A program made the translations under genes and the position numbers. Below are positions 35,084 through 47,610 of a stretch of DNA of 64,000 bases, one piece after another (the stretch's first letter is position 1; each line of letters opens with the position of its first letter). Source of the DNA: Octopus bimaculoides (taxonomy: Eukaryota); assembly GCF_001194135.2 (NCBI RefSeq), contig NC_068992.1, forward strand, positions 64,149,033 through 64,213,032. The letters run 5' to 3'. Below the pieces are notes generated by a model. It did no database searches. It saw only the letters and a list, made by a program, of their open reading frames with translations, and was not told the origin of the DNA.

Positions 35084-35971
35084 ATCCGGAATTGTAGATA
35101 TACTTATAGGTGTAAGGGTGTATTAAGAATAGAAGCAGTTCCAGTGTATAATTAGGGGACTCTATGATGTCAGTCGACTCTTGAAAATAGCAGCTGACTC
35201 TCCCTCAGTTTATGCATTGATGACTTGTTGGATAATGTGATTGTGTGTGAGTGAACTGTGTATAACAAGACAGGATGGTCACAATTAGATTGTGTTTGGT
35301 CATTGGAGGTTTGTCAGTTTGGTGGTCAGATAACAGCAACAACAACAATAAATGTTTTTAAAAGAATTCCTTTTTTTTTTTGCGTTTTTGGATAAGATGT
35401 TTTACTTTGTTGAAATTTGTTGCATGTTGTATTTTTTGGCAGTGAAAAAAAAAGAAAGAGAGACAGTGAGAGGGAGGGAGGTGGATTGAGGAGGATTTTG
35501 ATTGAAAACTTTCAGATTTGTAAAAAATTAAAAATCATGGTAATGGCCACCTCCTGAGACTCTTTCCAAAACAGCTGTGGCATCAGTAGTTCGACTCAGC
35601 AGCAAATATAGGGAGCCTGTAGTATGTATATATATATATATGTGTGTGTGTGAGTATGTGTGTGTGTGTGTGTGTGCGTGTGCATGCTTGATATCTTCTC
35701 TTATATCACTGCTTATGGTTGTACATGTTTTCAGTGATGGAGGAGAGGGAGAAGAGAATTAGTGAGGGAGAGGAGAAGGACAGTGAGAAAGAGAGAGACA
35801 GTGAAAGAAAGAAAGAGAGAGAGAGTGATATTATAGAGGGAGAGTTTCTCTATTGCATTAACACACACACACACACATATATATATATACAGACATATTT
35901 ATTTATATATATATATATGTATCATCGTCATTGTTTAACATCTGCCTTCCATGCTGGCATATATGTGTATA

Positions 35972-36020
<49 letters not shown>

Positions 36021-36072
36021 ATGATGATGATATATATGTATATATGTATATATATATATGTATATATGTATG

Positions 36073-36106
<34 letters not shown>

Positions 36107-36229
36107 ATGTATGTATGTATGTATGTATGCACACATGCCCTTCACATGCACACATCTACTTAATGTACCTGTGCATGTGTGGACTGCCATTAAATATTGG
36201 TTAGTTTTTATATGCAACATGAAAGTACA

Positions 36230-36468
36230 TAATTACTGCCACCACCCCCTACAACCACCACCACCACCACTACCACTACCTTCACCACCAGTAACACCAC
36301 CCCCTACAACCACCACAACTGCTAGCTCCATCATCATCATTTACCAAAATTCCCTGACCTCCTCGCCCTCCTCCTCCTCGCCGCCACCGTCCTTGTGGCA
36401 AATAAAAGGTTATTATTATTATTATTGTTATTATTATTATTGTCTTATTATTATTATTATTATTATTA

Positions 36469-36506
<38 letters not shown>

Positions 36507-36596
36507 GTTATTATTATTATTATTATTATTGTCTTATTATTGTTATTATTATTATTATTATCATTATTATTATTATTATTATTATCATTATTATTA

Positions 36597-36631
<35 letters not shown>

Positions 36632-37370
36632 GTTGTTATTATTATTGTCATTATTATTGTTATTGTTATTATTATTATTGCCAATGTGAGAAACCAACAT
36701 TGTTGCTGTTGTTGTTGTTATTGTCTTCTTTTGCTGAGATCAATAAATTAGAAACGAAACACTTTTTGTGGTCGATTGGTTTAGAGGGGAATCAAAATGA
36801 TTGAAGAGACAGTAAGAGTGTTGAGGGGAGAGAGAGAGAGAGAGAGAGAGTGTGTGCGTCAAACAAAGAGAGTGAGAAGCAATAAATATAGAGAGATGTA
36901 GAGGCTATGTATGATAATGAGTAGGAAAAGAGGAAGAGAGAGAGAAAAGATAGAGAGAGAGAAGAGAGAGAAAGAAAGAAATAGAGTCAAAGAAAGCGAG
37001 AAAGGAAGAGACAGAGAGGGAGTAACGATGGAGACAGAGAGAGAGAGAGAGAAAGAGGAAGAGAGGGAAAGAAAAAGAAAAAGATAGAGTCAAAAAATGA
37101 GAGAGAGGAGAGACAGAAAGAGAGAGAGAGAGAGACAAACAAATAGATAGACAGTTAGAGAGATAGAGGAAAAGAGAGAGAGAGACAGACAGACAGACAA
37201 ACAGAAGTGATAGATATAGTGGGATATACAGGGCGAGCATGATAGTGAGTAGGAAAGAGAAGGAGAGAGAAAGAGAGAGAGGCAGACAGACAGAGACATA
37301 TAGGTAGACAGAAAGACAGACAGACAAACAGAGAGTAGGAAGACACACAGAGAGTGAGAAAGAGAGAGGG
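36230..37370. repeat. Low-complexity block: (CCA)n, (TTA)n and (GA)-rich tracts
   Basis: Direct inspection. Confidence 0.9.
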
Positions 37371-38766
37371 TGTGTGTTTGTGTGTCTGGTGTGGGGAGAG
37401 AATTGTAGGGCAAACTGAGTGTCTGGTTGGGGGGGGAGGAGGGTGCGTGTGTTAAGCTGTTGTGCAATGGTTTTACACTGACAGTCACAAATTTGATGAT
37501 GTAATATTCTGTAGTTAAGGCATGCACACATACACACATGCGCACATATATCGTGAGAAACACCAGTATATTTAGTTCTTATACATCCGTTTCACCATTG
37601 CAGTTATCTGGAACTCAGCATTGGATGTCTAACTGCCATGGATCATCCACAGAACGTTTTATTGCATTCTGTTACAGAGATCTAATGGTTACCTTGCTGT
37701 GTGTCTCCTGTCCACCACAACAGAACAAAACAGAATTAATATCCTAAAACCACTTTGGTAACACTTGTCCATAAAGGGCACTGGTGCTGATACCATGCAA
37801 AAAGCATCGATGCTGGTGCCACGTAAAATGCACAGGTGATGGTGCCATGTAAAAAGCACCCAGTACACTCTGTAAAGTGGTTGGCATTTGGAAGGATATC
37901 CAGCTGTAGAAACCAAGCCAAAAGAAAATATTATGGAACCTGATGCAGTTCTTGGCCTTGCCAGCACCTGTCAAACCATCTGACCCATGCCAGCATGGAA
38001 AACAGACGTTAAGTGACGATGATGATGATGATGGTGATGGTGATGATGAAGATTAACATAATGCAATATAACGTTTCCCTGATGATTCATTGCAGTTTAG
38101 CATCCAAATACTCTTGCAACCGCCAGTGCTGTGTTCCAAGAAAATGCAATGGGAAAATGTATGTAGGAACCGAATATTTATATTGGTGAACACTCCACTG
38201 AACTCTGTTCAGTGCTTCTGAGTCCTATGTCTTCAGATTTATATTACAGGTTTTCAAGCAGATCTTCAGCATGTTCTTAATTCCCACTATGCATGCTCTG
38301 TATATCATAAGTAATAACACTGCTATGTACAACAGTCAACTAACCACTATACTGGAACCTGAGTGGATAGTGATAATCTACATGGAACTTTAACACATAC
38401 AGTAGTAGTCTTATATATATACATATGTGAAGTATTGACACTGCTATACTCTTTTGGGACACAGCTGATAAGAGTTCAACGTTCTGTCATTTTCTTTGCA
38501 ACGTTTTCCATGCTTTTATCATTTGTGCCAAATCCTTGTATTTATGATTGTCAATGAATATTATTGGACTCTCATTGGTTTGATGTTCAACAAGACCCTA
38601 CTGCACAGTGTTCTTGGGCTGATGTTTTGCTGTGTCATCTTATGTAGCAACCCAGATGTATCTGAGACTTGCAGATCCAGTAATGGATGTTGCAGTATGG
38701 CACTCTTCTAAATACTCTACTGAGGTCATCACAAACGGTTTCTTTGCACACACACACACACACTTA

Positions 38767-38985
38767 TATGATGGGGTGCTGAAAAGTTCCTGGCTTTAAG
38801 GGTATCCTAAAGGCTTGGTTGGATGCCCAACATTCCAAGTTCTTTTACAGGGCTTAGAAAAACTGAAGGACTGCTGCAATAAGTGTGTGAATCTGAGGAG
38901 GAATATGTTGGATAAAATGATAACTAACTGATCCTCCTGTATTTCCTTTTACCCAAAGCCAGGAACTTTTCAGCACTTCCTTGTA
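38767..38985 (+). mobile_element. Mariner-derived MITE
   Basis: TIRs gtgctgaaaagttcctggcttt / aaagccaggaacttttcagcac with TA at the ends; internal NKCVNLR resembles the mariner C-terminus. Confidence 0.8.
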
Positions 38986-39009
38986 TGTATGTATGTATGT
39001 ATGTATGTA

Positions 39010-39043
<34 letters not shown>

Positions 39044-39127
39044 CACACACATATGTATATGTGTGTCGTCGTCGTCGTTTAATGTCCGCTTGGACGTTAA
39101 ACGACGACGACAACACACACATATATA

Positions 39128-39164
<37 letters not shown>

Positions 39165-39333
39165 NNNNNNNNNNNNNNNNNNNNNNNNNNNNNNNNNNNN
39201 NNNNNNNNNNNNNNNNNNNNNNNNNNNNNNNNNNNNNNNNNNNNNNNNNNNNNNNNNNNNNNNNNNNNNNNNNNNNNNNNNNNNNNNNNNNNNNNNNNNN
39301 NNNNNNNNNNNNNNNNNNNNNNNNNNNNNNNNN

Positions 39334-39378
<45 letters not shown>

Positions 39379-41389
39379 ATATGCATGTGTGTAGTATGCA
39401 TGGTCCATGTACCTGTACGCATGCATGTGAGAGTATCAGCTCCTGTTACAGCCACCAATGATAAAACATTATCTAATGTTTCCAGGAGACAGTATTTTCT
39501 CCCTTTCTTGTCTATTGACAGACTCTGGCCAGTCAAACAACTCTGTTTACAAGACAACTCCAAATTCTGGTTTCAATTCCCCCACTCCAGCACACACCCT
39601 GTCTGTCAGTCTGCTTGTCTGTTTGCTTCTCTTTCACTTTCTCAATCTATCTTTTATCAAACTCTCTTCTTTTCTGTTTGTTTTGTTTTTTTATCTTTTG
39701 TTAAACACTTCATTAAACAGAAAAAAATATATAAAAATTATAAAGATATCAGAAATGGAAAACATTCTTCTTCTTCTTTCCTTCCTCCCCTCTGCCCCAT
39801 CCTCCTCACTTTCCTCCTTTGTCCCCTCCCACACCATTTCCTTCTCCTTCTTCTTGCTATAATTATTATTATCATTATTGCTATAATTATAATTGATAAT
39901 ATCGATAATAGTTATTGTTATTTTTATAAATTATTCTTGTTCTTCTTGTTATGATCATTTTATGAATCTCTTTTCATTGTTTCATTCACGTTAGTGTTAT
40001 CATAATGAGAACCATGCCTGAAACCACCACCATTGCTGCTGCCACAATCACCACCACCATCGCCACTACAACCACAAACACCACCACCACCAACACAGTC
40101 ACTACAATTTCCACCACTACCATTACCACCATGATAACCACAATCACCACCACCATTACTAGTCACCATCACCATCACCATTGTGATTCAGCTCTTTATC
40201 TTACTCCCCGACACCCCTCAACTCTTTGGATTTATGCATGTGTATTGATCTGTGGTGCATAATTATCTGCCTGCCTACCTACCTACCTACCTATCTGTCT
40301 GTGTGTCTGTCCGTCCATCCATTCACGTATCCATGTGTGTGTGTGTGTCAAGCAATGTGAAATCGGAGTTGTGGTAGATACTGGTGTCATGCAACTGGCA
40401 CGTAAGAGCACCCATTATATTCTCGGAGTGGTTGGCGTTAGGAAGGGCACCCAGCCATAGAAAACTGTCAAATCAGACTGGAGTTTGAGGCAGCCTTCCA
40501 GCTTACCAGCCCTAGTTGAACCGTCCAACCCATGCCAGCATGGACAACAGACGTTAAATGGTGATGATGATGATGATGATGATATACTCACAAATAGATC
40601 AGAGATAGAAAATAGAATTCACAAGATTCTTTATTCAAATCCACTACAATTGTTTTGACTCATCTTGCATCTGTTCTTCAAAGGTGAGATGCTGTACAAT
40701 CAATTGTGTTGCATCACAGTTGCAGATTATGTCTCGCTGGGTGACTTAAACGAGTACTTTACTCATTCTTCTCTCTATTGCACCCACCTCTATGTGCTCG
40801 ATTTTTGTTATTACAGAAAGCTAATCTAATCCTATGTTTATTAAAAATTCTATAGTATTTACTGTCTTTGGAAAATGTTTAGTCAGTGCGAAATAAATAA
40901 TTTTGGTATATTAGAAATTATTTGTTTTCCGAAGGGAATTATATACCATTCGATATAGCTAGAGATATCCATGTTACTGAGGTATGTGTACACACACAGA
41001 CACACAATGGTCATACAAATATCAAACATTATATAGGAGTCGTGGAAGGAAAATTGAAATTTAGATTTAACAGCCATCTTTTGAATTTTAGGTAGTGATG
41101 AGGCATTCAACAACCCTTTTGGCTTTAATCTGAAAACGTTGGTGTTGCCTTGGTGGAGGTTTGTGCTCTCTGAATGCCCTTGTTTATATTGCAATTAATT
41201 GTAACAGTTTTGTTTACATTTTGCTGTATGGAGTACATTATTTATTCAGAGGTATTTCACTTATTTTGGGTTTATACCCTCAGTTAATATTATTGTTATT
41301 ATTATTATAAATATATTTATTAGTATTATTTGCATAAATATCATTAATTATCACAATCATTATTTTAACTAGTATAATTACTATAGATA

Positions 41390-42340
41390 TTAAGTTGTTT
41401 CTTTAAATCGTTTAGACGTATATTTTATCCAGTGTGAACATCTCATAACCTGTTCCTGTCTAGTGTTTATAAGAGTAAATTTAGAAGTGAAAATTTGGTA
41501 CATTTCTTCCACATAAAGGTCACATTTATTATCTCCTATACTATAAGGTTTTGCTTTACAAATTATTTCCCAAGCAATCAAAAACACTTTGTTACTATCT
41601 TTTAGTGTCCAAATTAGCTTACTAAGACTTGTAGCATTCATTTTGTCTATTTCTAAATGAACTTAAATGATTGGCAAGTATCTGCTTAATATAATATGAG
41701 CTAGCTCCTATATAGAAATACTCTCTATTCTCTGTGGTAATCTTACATCTGTATACGATATTTTTATGCCTACAATTAGAGTTAAGCAGACAGACCCTGT
41801 TCCTTGCACAATCGCATTTAATAGTTCTACTACTTCTATCACTAGTATCCACTTCACCTACTCTAGATAGGATTTCTATATTCTCCTTTGCACATAGACA
41901 ACATTCTGAGTACTTTGCTTTTTAGGATTCACATCTACTTCCAAGTTAATTGTGGAGTTCCATTGGGTCTCTTCAATTTTATTGGTTGTCAAACAATAGT
42001 TCCTATCCTGATACCTAAATGTGTTACTTACAGCTTGTCCGCTCATGTTTACATTGATGCTATTTATTGATCTATAATTATAATTCTGGTTAATATTGCT
42101 ATTGTTCATATGAGATTTACTAGTGCTGCGTGCTGCTATAATTTGTGCTAGATTTTTGTTATTACAGAAAACTAATCTAATCCTATGTTTATTAAAAATT
42201 CTATAGAATTTACTGTCTTTGGAAAATGTTTAGTCAGTGCTAAATAAAATAATTTTGGTATATTAGAAATTATTTGTTTTCCGAAGGGAATTATATCCCA
42301 TTCGATATAGCTAGAGGTATCCATGTTACTGAGGTGTGTA
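41390..42340 (-). mobile_element. Degenerate Penelope-like element (RT-EN linker and GIY-YIG endonuclease)
   Basis: Broken ORFs give EWDIIPFGKQIISNIPKLF..LTKHFPK, KCDC..RVCLLNSNC..NIVYRC...YFYIGAS...LANHLSSFR and TSLSKLIWTLKD...WEII.KAKPYS..KCDL..EE...INTR.E..RCSH. Confidence 0.85.
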
Positions 42341-43831
42341 TATGTCATCTGTTTATATATATTCAGTAACTCTAAGACTCTCCATTTGATGTTGCAACTG
42401 CTGTTCCAGTCCATTTTCCAGGCATAACTGACTAGCATTGGGGAGTTCTTTTCACTGTCTGAAGTTTGACCCATTCATTGTAAAATCTTTTTTCTGAATG
42501 CCCCCTCATAAGGGCTTATGTAACTTTTCTTATCTTTGGCAAGATCACTGGACCTTCAGCCTTGTACATCATCCACTTTGTGTTTCTGATCTACCAGACA
42601 AATACTGCATTTTTACACAAGCGGTCTGTAATGACCTGTAAAAAAAGGGATTAATTTCAGATAATGATCACTTTCATGTTGGTATCACAACTGCAGCTTA
42701 CATTAAATGAGGAACTCTTCCAATGTTGGTTTTAACATTCAAAGACAAAGATGGAAGGCAACTCATAGCTTTCTGAGCCTATTACTGATTGGGATTGTGC
42801 GCTGTGGGTAGGGAAATATGTATGAGATTTCCACATGAAACTGCTATCTGTAAGAGTTTTATTGTCAGGCCACCTTATTGAAAATCTCTTACGAAGTGAA
42901 GTTAGAAATTTTCATACTAATAATTAGATAGAAAGTTTTTTTTTTTAAAAACACAACAGAGTTGGTTGACAAAACTGTTTGTTCATGTGTCTAAGTGTCA
43001 CATCACGTTTATGAAAAGGATTTTAAGTTTTGGAATCTAAGTTCAGCAATGTGTCTGAAATGTCAGCTTTAGTTATGTTAATTTTGTTTGTTCCTTCTAA
43101 AGCCATGACTGGCTCATAAGGGCTGGTTTCACTGGCGTATAGGATCCCCACCTGGACAAGATGCTGGTCCATTGCAGGAGGAAAGACTGAAAGTTGTAGC
43201 GAAAGAGTCAGCAGAGGTTTACCATTACCTTCTGCTGGAGCTTAGGTGTTTCACTCATAAACACACACATCACCTGGTCTGAGATTCGAACCCATGATCC
43301 CTCAACTGCTACTCTAACCACTGGGCTTTGTGCCTCCACAGTTATGTTAATAGCTACTATATTTTTAAATCTTATTTTTTCTGCTGATATCTAGTGTGCA
43401 ATAAGGTTAATCCATTGTCCTAGTATTATCAGGGAATTAGGATTTAAGTCAGTCAAACCTTCTGTGATAAGAGCCCATTGTGATGTAAGGATTCTTCTAT
43501 TAGTTCAGACTTATTAACACAGACTGTTTGTTGAAGAAAAGGCTTTTATCTGCATGCATGCATTACTTCAATATCTGATTTATTTGCATTCACTCCCAAA
43601 TAGAAGAGCAGTGTGTAGAACCTACTTTTCTAGCTTTATCAGATAACATAATGAATATTCTGGCTAAGTACAACTTAAATATTTTGTTGTGATCTGTCCA
43701 AATCCATATTGAAGAATTCAGGAATTTCATTGGACAGTTATTGGTGCCATGAGTGGGATTGAACGTAGAACCATGTAGTTGGGAAGTAAGCTTCTTACCA
43801 CACAGTCACACCTGCACCTGTCTCTCTCCCC

Positions 43832-43864
<33 letters not shown>

Positions 43865-45659
43865 ACGGGCTTCTTTCTGTTTCCATGAACCAAATTCACT
43901 CAAAAGACTTTGAATGACCTAGGAACATAGCAAAAGACACTAAAACTTGTAACCTTATGGTTGGCAAGCAGACACCTTAACTACACAGCCAGGCAAATAC
44001 TGCAAAGTGTTCAGCATGACACAACTGTTTTTTTTGCAGAACAGTTCTCAAAGACAAAATTAGACACATGAGCAACCATAACAGCAGCACCAAACCCTGA
44101 ACAGTTTGTTTTCACAGATGCTATAAGCCGGGTCAGCCGTGCTTGTATTGCGGCTCAATCAGTAACCACGGACCCTAGTCACTGGGATTCTGAAATGAAG
44201 CCACAATGATAACGATGGTAATGAGGGAAATAACAAGGTACATTTTTTTTCTGCGCTGTGGCCATGCGGGGGCACAACTTTAAAAGGCTTTAGTTGAACA
44301 AACTGACCCCAGCACTTTTGATTTTTTAAAAATAAAGCTTAATACTTACTCTATTGTCTCTTTTGCTGAATCACTAAATAACAGATATAAACAACCAACA
44401 CCAGTTGTCAAGTAGTGTGTGGAGGGGACATGACAGACATGATAGGCTTCTACAGTTTCCACCTACCAAATTCACTCATGAGGCATTGGTTAGTTCCAGA
44501 CATTTCTCCGAGGTGCTGTGCAGTGAGACTGAACCCCAAACCACATGGTTGAGAAAACTGAGGAATTTTCCTCTTTTCTTTTACAAGTTGAATAAATGAA
44601 ATAAATAAATAAAAAGCAAAACTTTTAGATTAAAAATTGATTTTTAATTGTAAGAGAAAATAGAATTGGGTATCACAGTTGTTACAGTTTTTTTTTTCTT
44701 TCTTAAGTATCAGTTCTGACTTGTTTTTTTTTCATTGCTGCTCAAAAAAAAGGGGGGGAAAGAGGAAGTAAACGGGGGCGGGAAAGAGTTTCAACATTAT
44801 TAGTATTCTCAACATTATTATTATTATTATTATTATTATCATATNNNNNNNNNNNNNNNNNNNNNNNNNNNNNNNNNNNNNNNNNNNNNNNNNNNNNNNN
44901 NNNNNNNNNNNNNNNNNNNNNNNNNNNNNNNNNNNNNNNNNNNNNNNNNNNNNNNNNNNNNNNNNNNNNNNNNNNNNNNNNNNNNNNNNNNNNNNNNNNN
45001 NNNNNNNNNNNNNNNNNNNNNNNNNNNNNNNNNNNNNNNNNNNNNNNNNNNNNNNNNNNNNNNNNNNNNNNNNNNNNNNNNNNNNNNNNNNNNNNNNNNN
45101 NNNNNNNNNNNNNNNNNNNNNNNNNNNNNNNNNNNNNNNNNNNNNNNNNNNNNNNNNNNNNNNNNNNNNNNNNNNNGGCCTTCAGAAATGATGAGGAGGG
45201 AGCAAAGCTGTCCGTGGCACAAATTCGAACTTGGGAGATCGCAATTACATAGCACAAGGAATTTAAATCTGACACTTTGTTGTTTCTGCAATCCACAGCC
45301 CTTATGTAATTATGGAGGGAGAGTGGGAGAGATAGATAGATAGATAGCTAGCTAGAGGGAGAGGAGGAAAAGGGAGATGGTCTGATGCCTTGAGCAGAAA
45401 TCTGAGATGAAGGGGAGGGAGAGAGAGAGAGAGAGAGAGCAGAGATATAAACCGCAGTAGAGTACAGCATATAAAGCTGTCAACATTGCTGAATCTCTCT
45501 CCTCGAGTTAGGTGTTACAATGCAAAGGTGTTAAATATATTTAATGTGAAGGCATAACAGCTACTGCTGTCTAATGTGCAGGTGTATACAAAGGCTATGA
45601 TGTACAAGGTACGTGTATACACACACACTTATGTATACATGTGTGTATGTGTATGTATA

Positions 45660-45723
<64 letters not shown>

Positions 45724-46134
45724 CATATGTTTATACATATATAAACATTTTGCTCATTCGGGTTTTGCATCTGTTTTTCCATGCTAGAAAGAGTTAGACG
45801 AAACTAGTTGAAGCAGATTTTCTATAGCTGGATGCTCTTGCTGTTGCTAACCCTTATCTGCTTTCCAAGGAAACTTATTTTTCTCATTCCACTGGTCTTC
45901 ACAAGTTGAGAGGATTTTTGCTTGTTGGGGAGAATAAACAAAGGCTTATTCCCCCACCTCACTGAACATGAAAACGAACATTTATACATATGTGGATGTG
46001 TGTGCAGACACATACTAGCAACTGCTTCATGTACGCGAACTTGCAACTGTGCATATAAATGTGTGTACACTCACTCACACACATACATTAATTTCAGGTT
46101 TTTATATAAATGTATTCACACCAGACACACACCA

Positions 46135-46175
<41 letters not shown>

Positions 46176-46368
46176 TATAGGTAGATAGATAGATGATTTA
46201 CACATTTCAATGTGCTTGTATACATACATATACATACAATTGTTGTGCATTATATATATATCTACGGATTTCTACATACATGTTTATGTAGAGTTTTTAT
46301 GAAGAGAGAGAGATAGAGAGAGAGAAATAGGAAATAATATACACATCATCATAGTATGTATATATAAC

Positions 46369-46403
<35 letters not shown>

Positions 46404-46587
46404 ACCTGATACCCAGGATGAACTTAGAATGTAATTGAACCAACAGGTTGTAACTGGGTGCCATATCTTAGGATATCTATGTAGTAGAAAAGTGTGTCGG
46501 ACAGAGACAAAGTGAACATGCTGTAAAACTGTAATAAACAAGCTTTTGAGGATGTACAATTCTTCATGCCTAATTTTAATGTGTGCG

Positions 46588-46619
<32 letters not shown>

Positions 46620-47519
46620 CACACACACACACGTGCATGTATAGTGAAGGTTCTTAGTTTAATTTTAGCCATCACAACCAAGTCCATGGTGCATTCACTG
46701 AACTGGCTGGAGGTGGACTGATAACAGTTCCATACAAGGTTGACTGTCAGGAAACAGGCAGACAAGACATTCAGATTTTGCTGTTCAACAGGAACTCTTA
46801 CTACTTATGCTCCAGGAGAACAATTCCAAGGAGGGGAAGGTGGAGGCATCATAGAGTTAAAGATGAGAAAAAGACCTGCATTAAGACTGAGAAAGAAAGA
46901 GAGAATAGAGTTTGAAGACAAGTGCATCGATCAAGGAAGAATTTACTTTAAAAAGCTAAAAAGAAAAAAAAAATTAAGGAGGGGGACAAAAAAAGGGGGA
47001 GGGATATTATTTAATATGGGTTTTCTAAGTTTCTGTCAAGGCATTTATTTGTAGATAAAGTAAACAATGTCTGACTATATGGGGTCACACAGCCTCAAGC
47101 CGAGGCACTTTCACACACATGTAAATACATACACACACACATATACACAAGGTGAATCAGAAATAGCAAATAAAAATTGCATTACTTTCTGACTCACTCT
47201 TGTGTGAGTGTGTGTGCTTGTACAGTCACATATATATAGTCTCATCACTGATCCAAGATGGTCAGATGATATAGTCAACTGTGAACCACATCATGCTTAT
47301 CATGGATCGATCTGTGTTAACAGAGGTTGGCAATCACTTTAAAATCCTGCTTGTTCTACAAAAACACACTCTAGTGACCACCCACAACATTTACCTACCC
47401 ACAATGCACTGACTATCACTTGTACTTACATAGTTGTACCCATCAACACGAGATAAAAAATACAAGGGTGCCTGATTCTAACAAAGCAGATGAATGTATT
47501 TTTTATAGAAGGTAGACAG

Positions 47520-47610
47520 TCTAGAAAATACATGGTGGCGGAAGCTTTGCTGCTGTGGGCTGTGAGTTTGGTGTCAATAAATCTACCATTATTCGCTCCA
47601 TTTACAGAGT
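47520..47610 (+). mobile_element. Possible Tigger/pogo transposase HTH relic
   Basis: KIHGGGSFAAVGCEFGVNKSTIIRSI resembles the Tigger N-terminal HTH; very short. Confidence 0.35.

Noticed and set aside
31900-37563. HTYI-, poly-I/L/Y/N- and SL-rich ORFs
   Set aside because: These are translations of microsatellites.
46760-46850. Possible box C/D snoRNA on the minus strand (ATGATGC...CTGA)
   Set aside because: Imperfect C box, no terminal stem, and too close to the putative acceptor.
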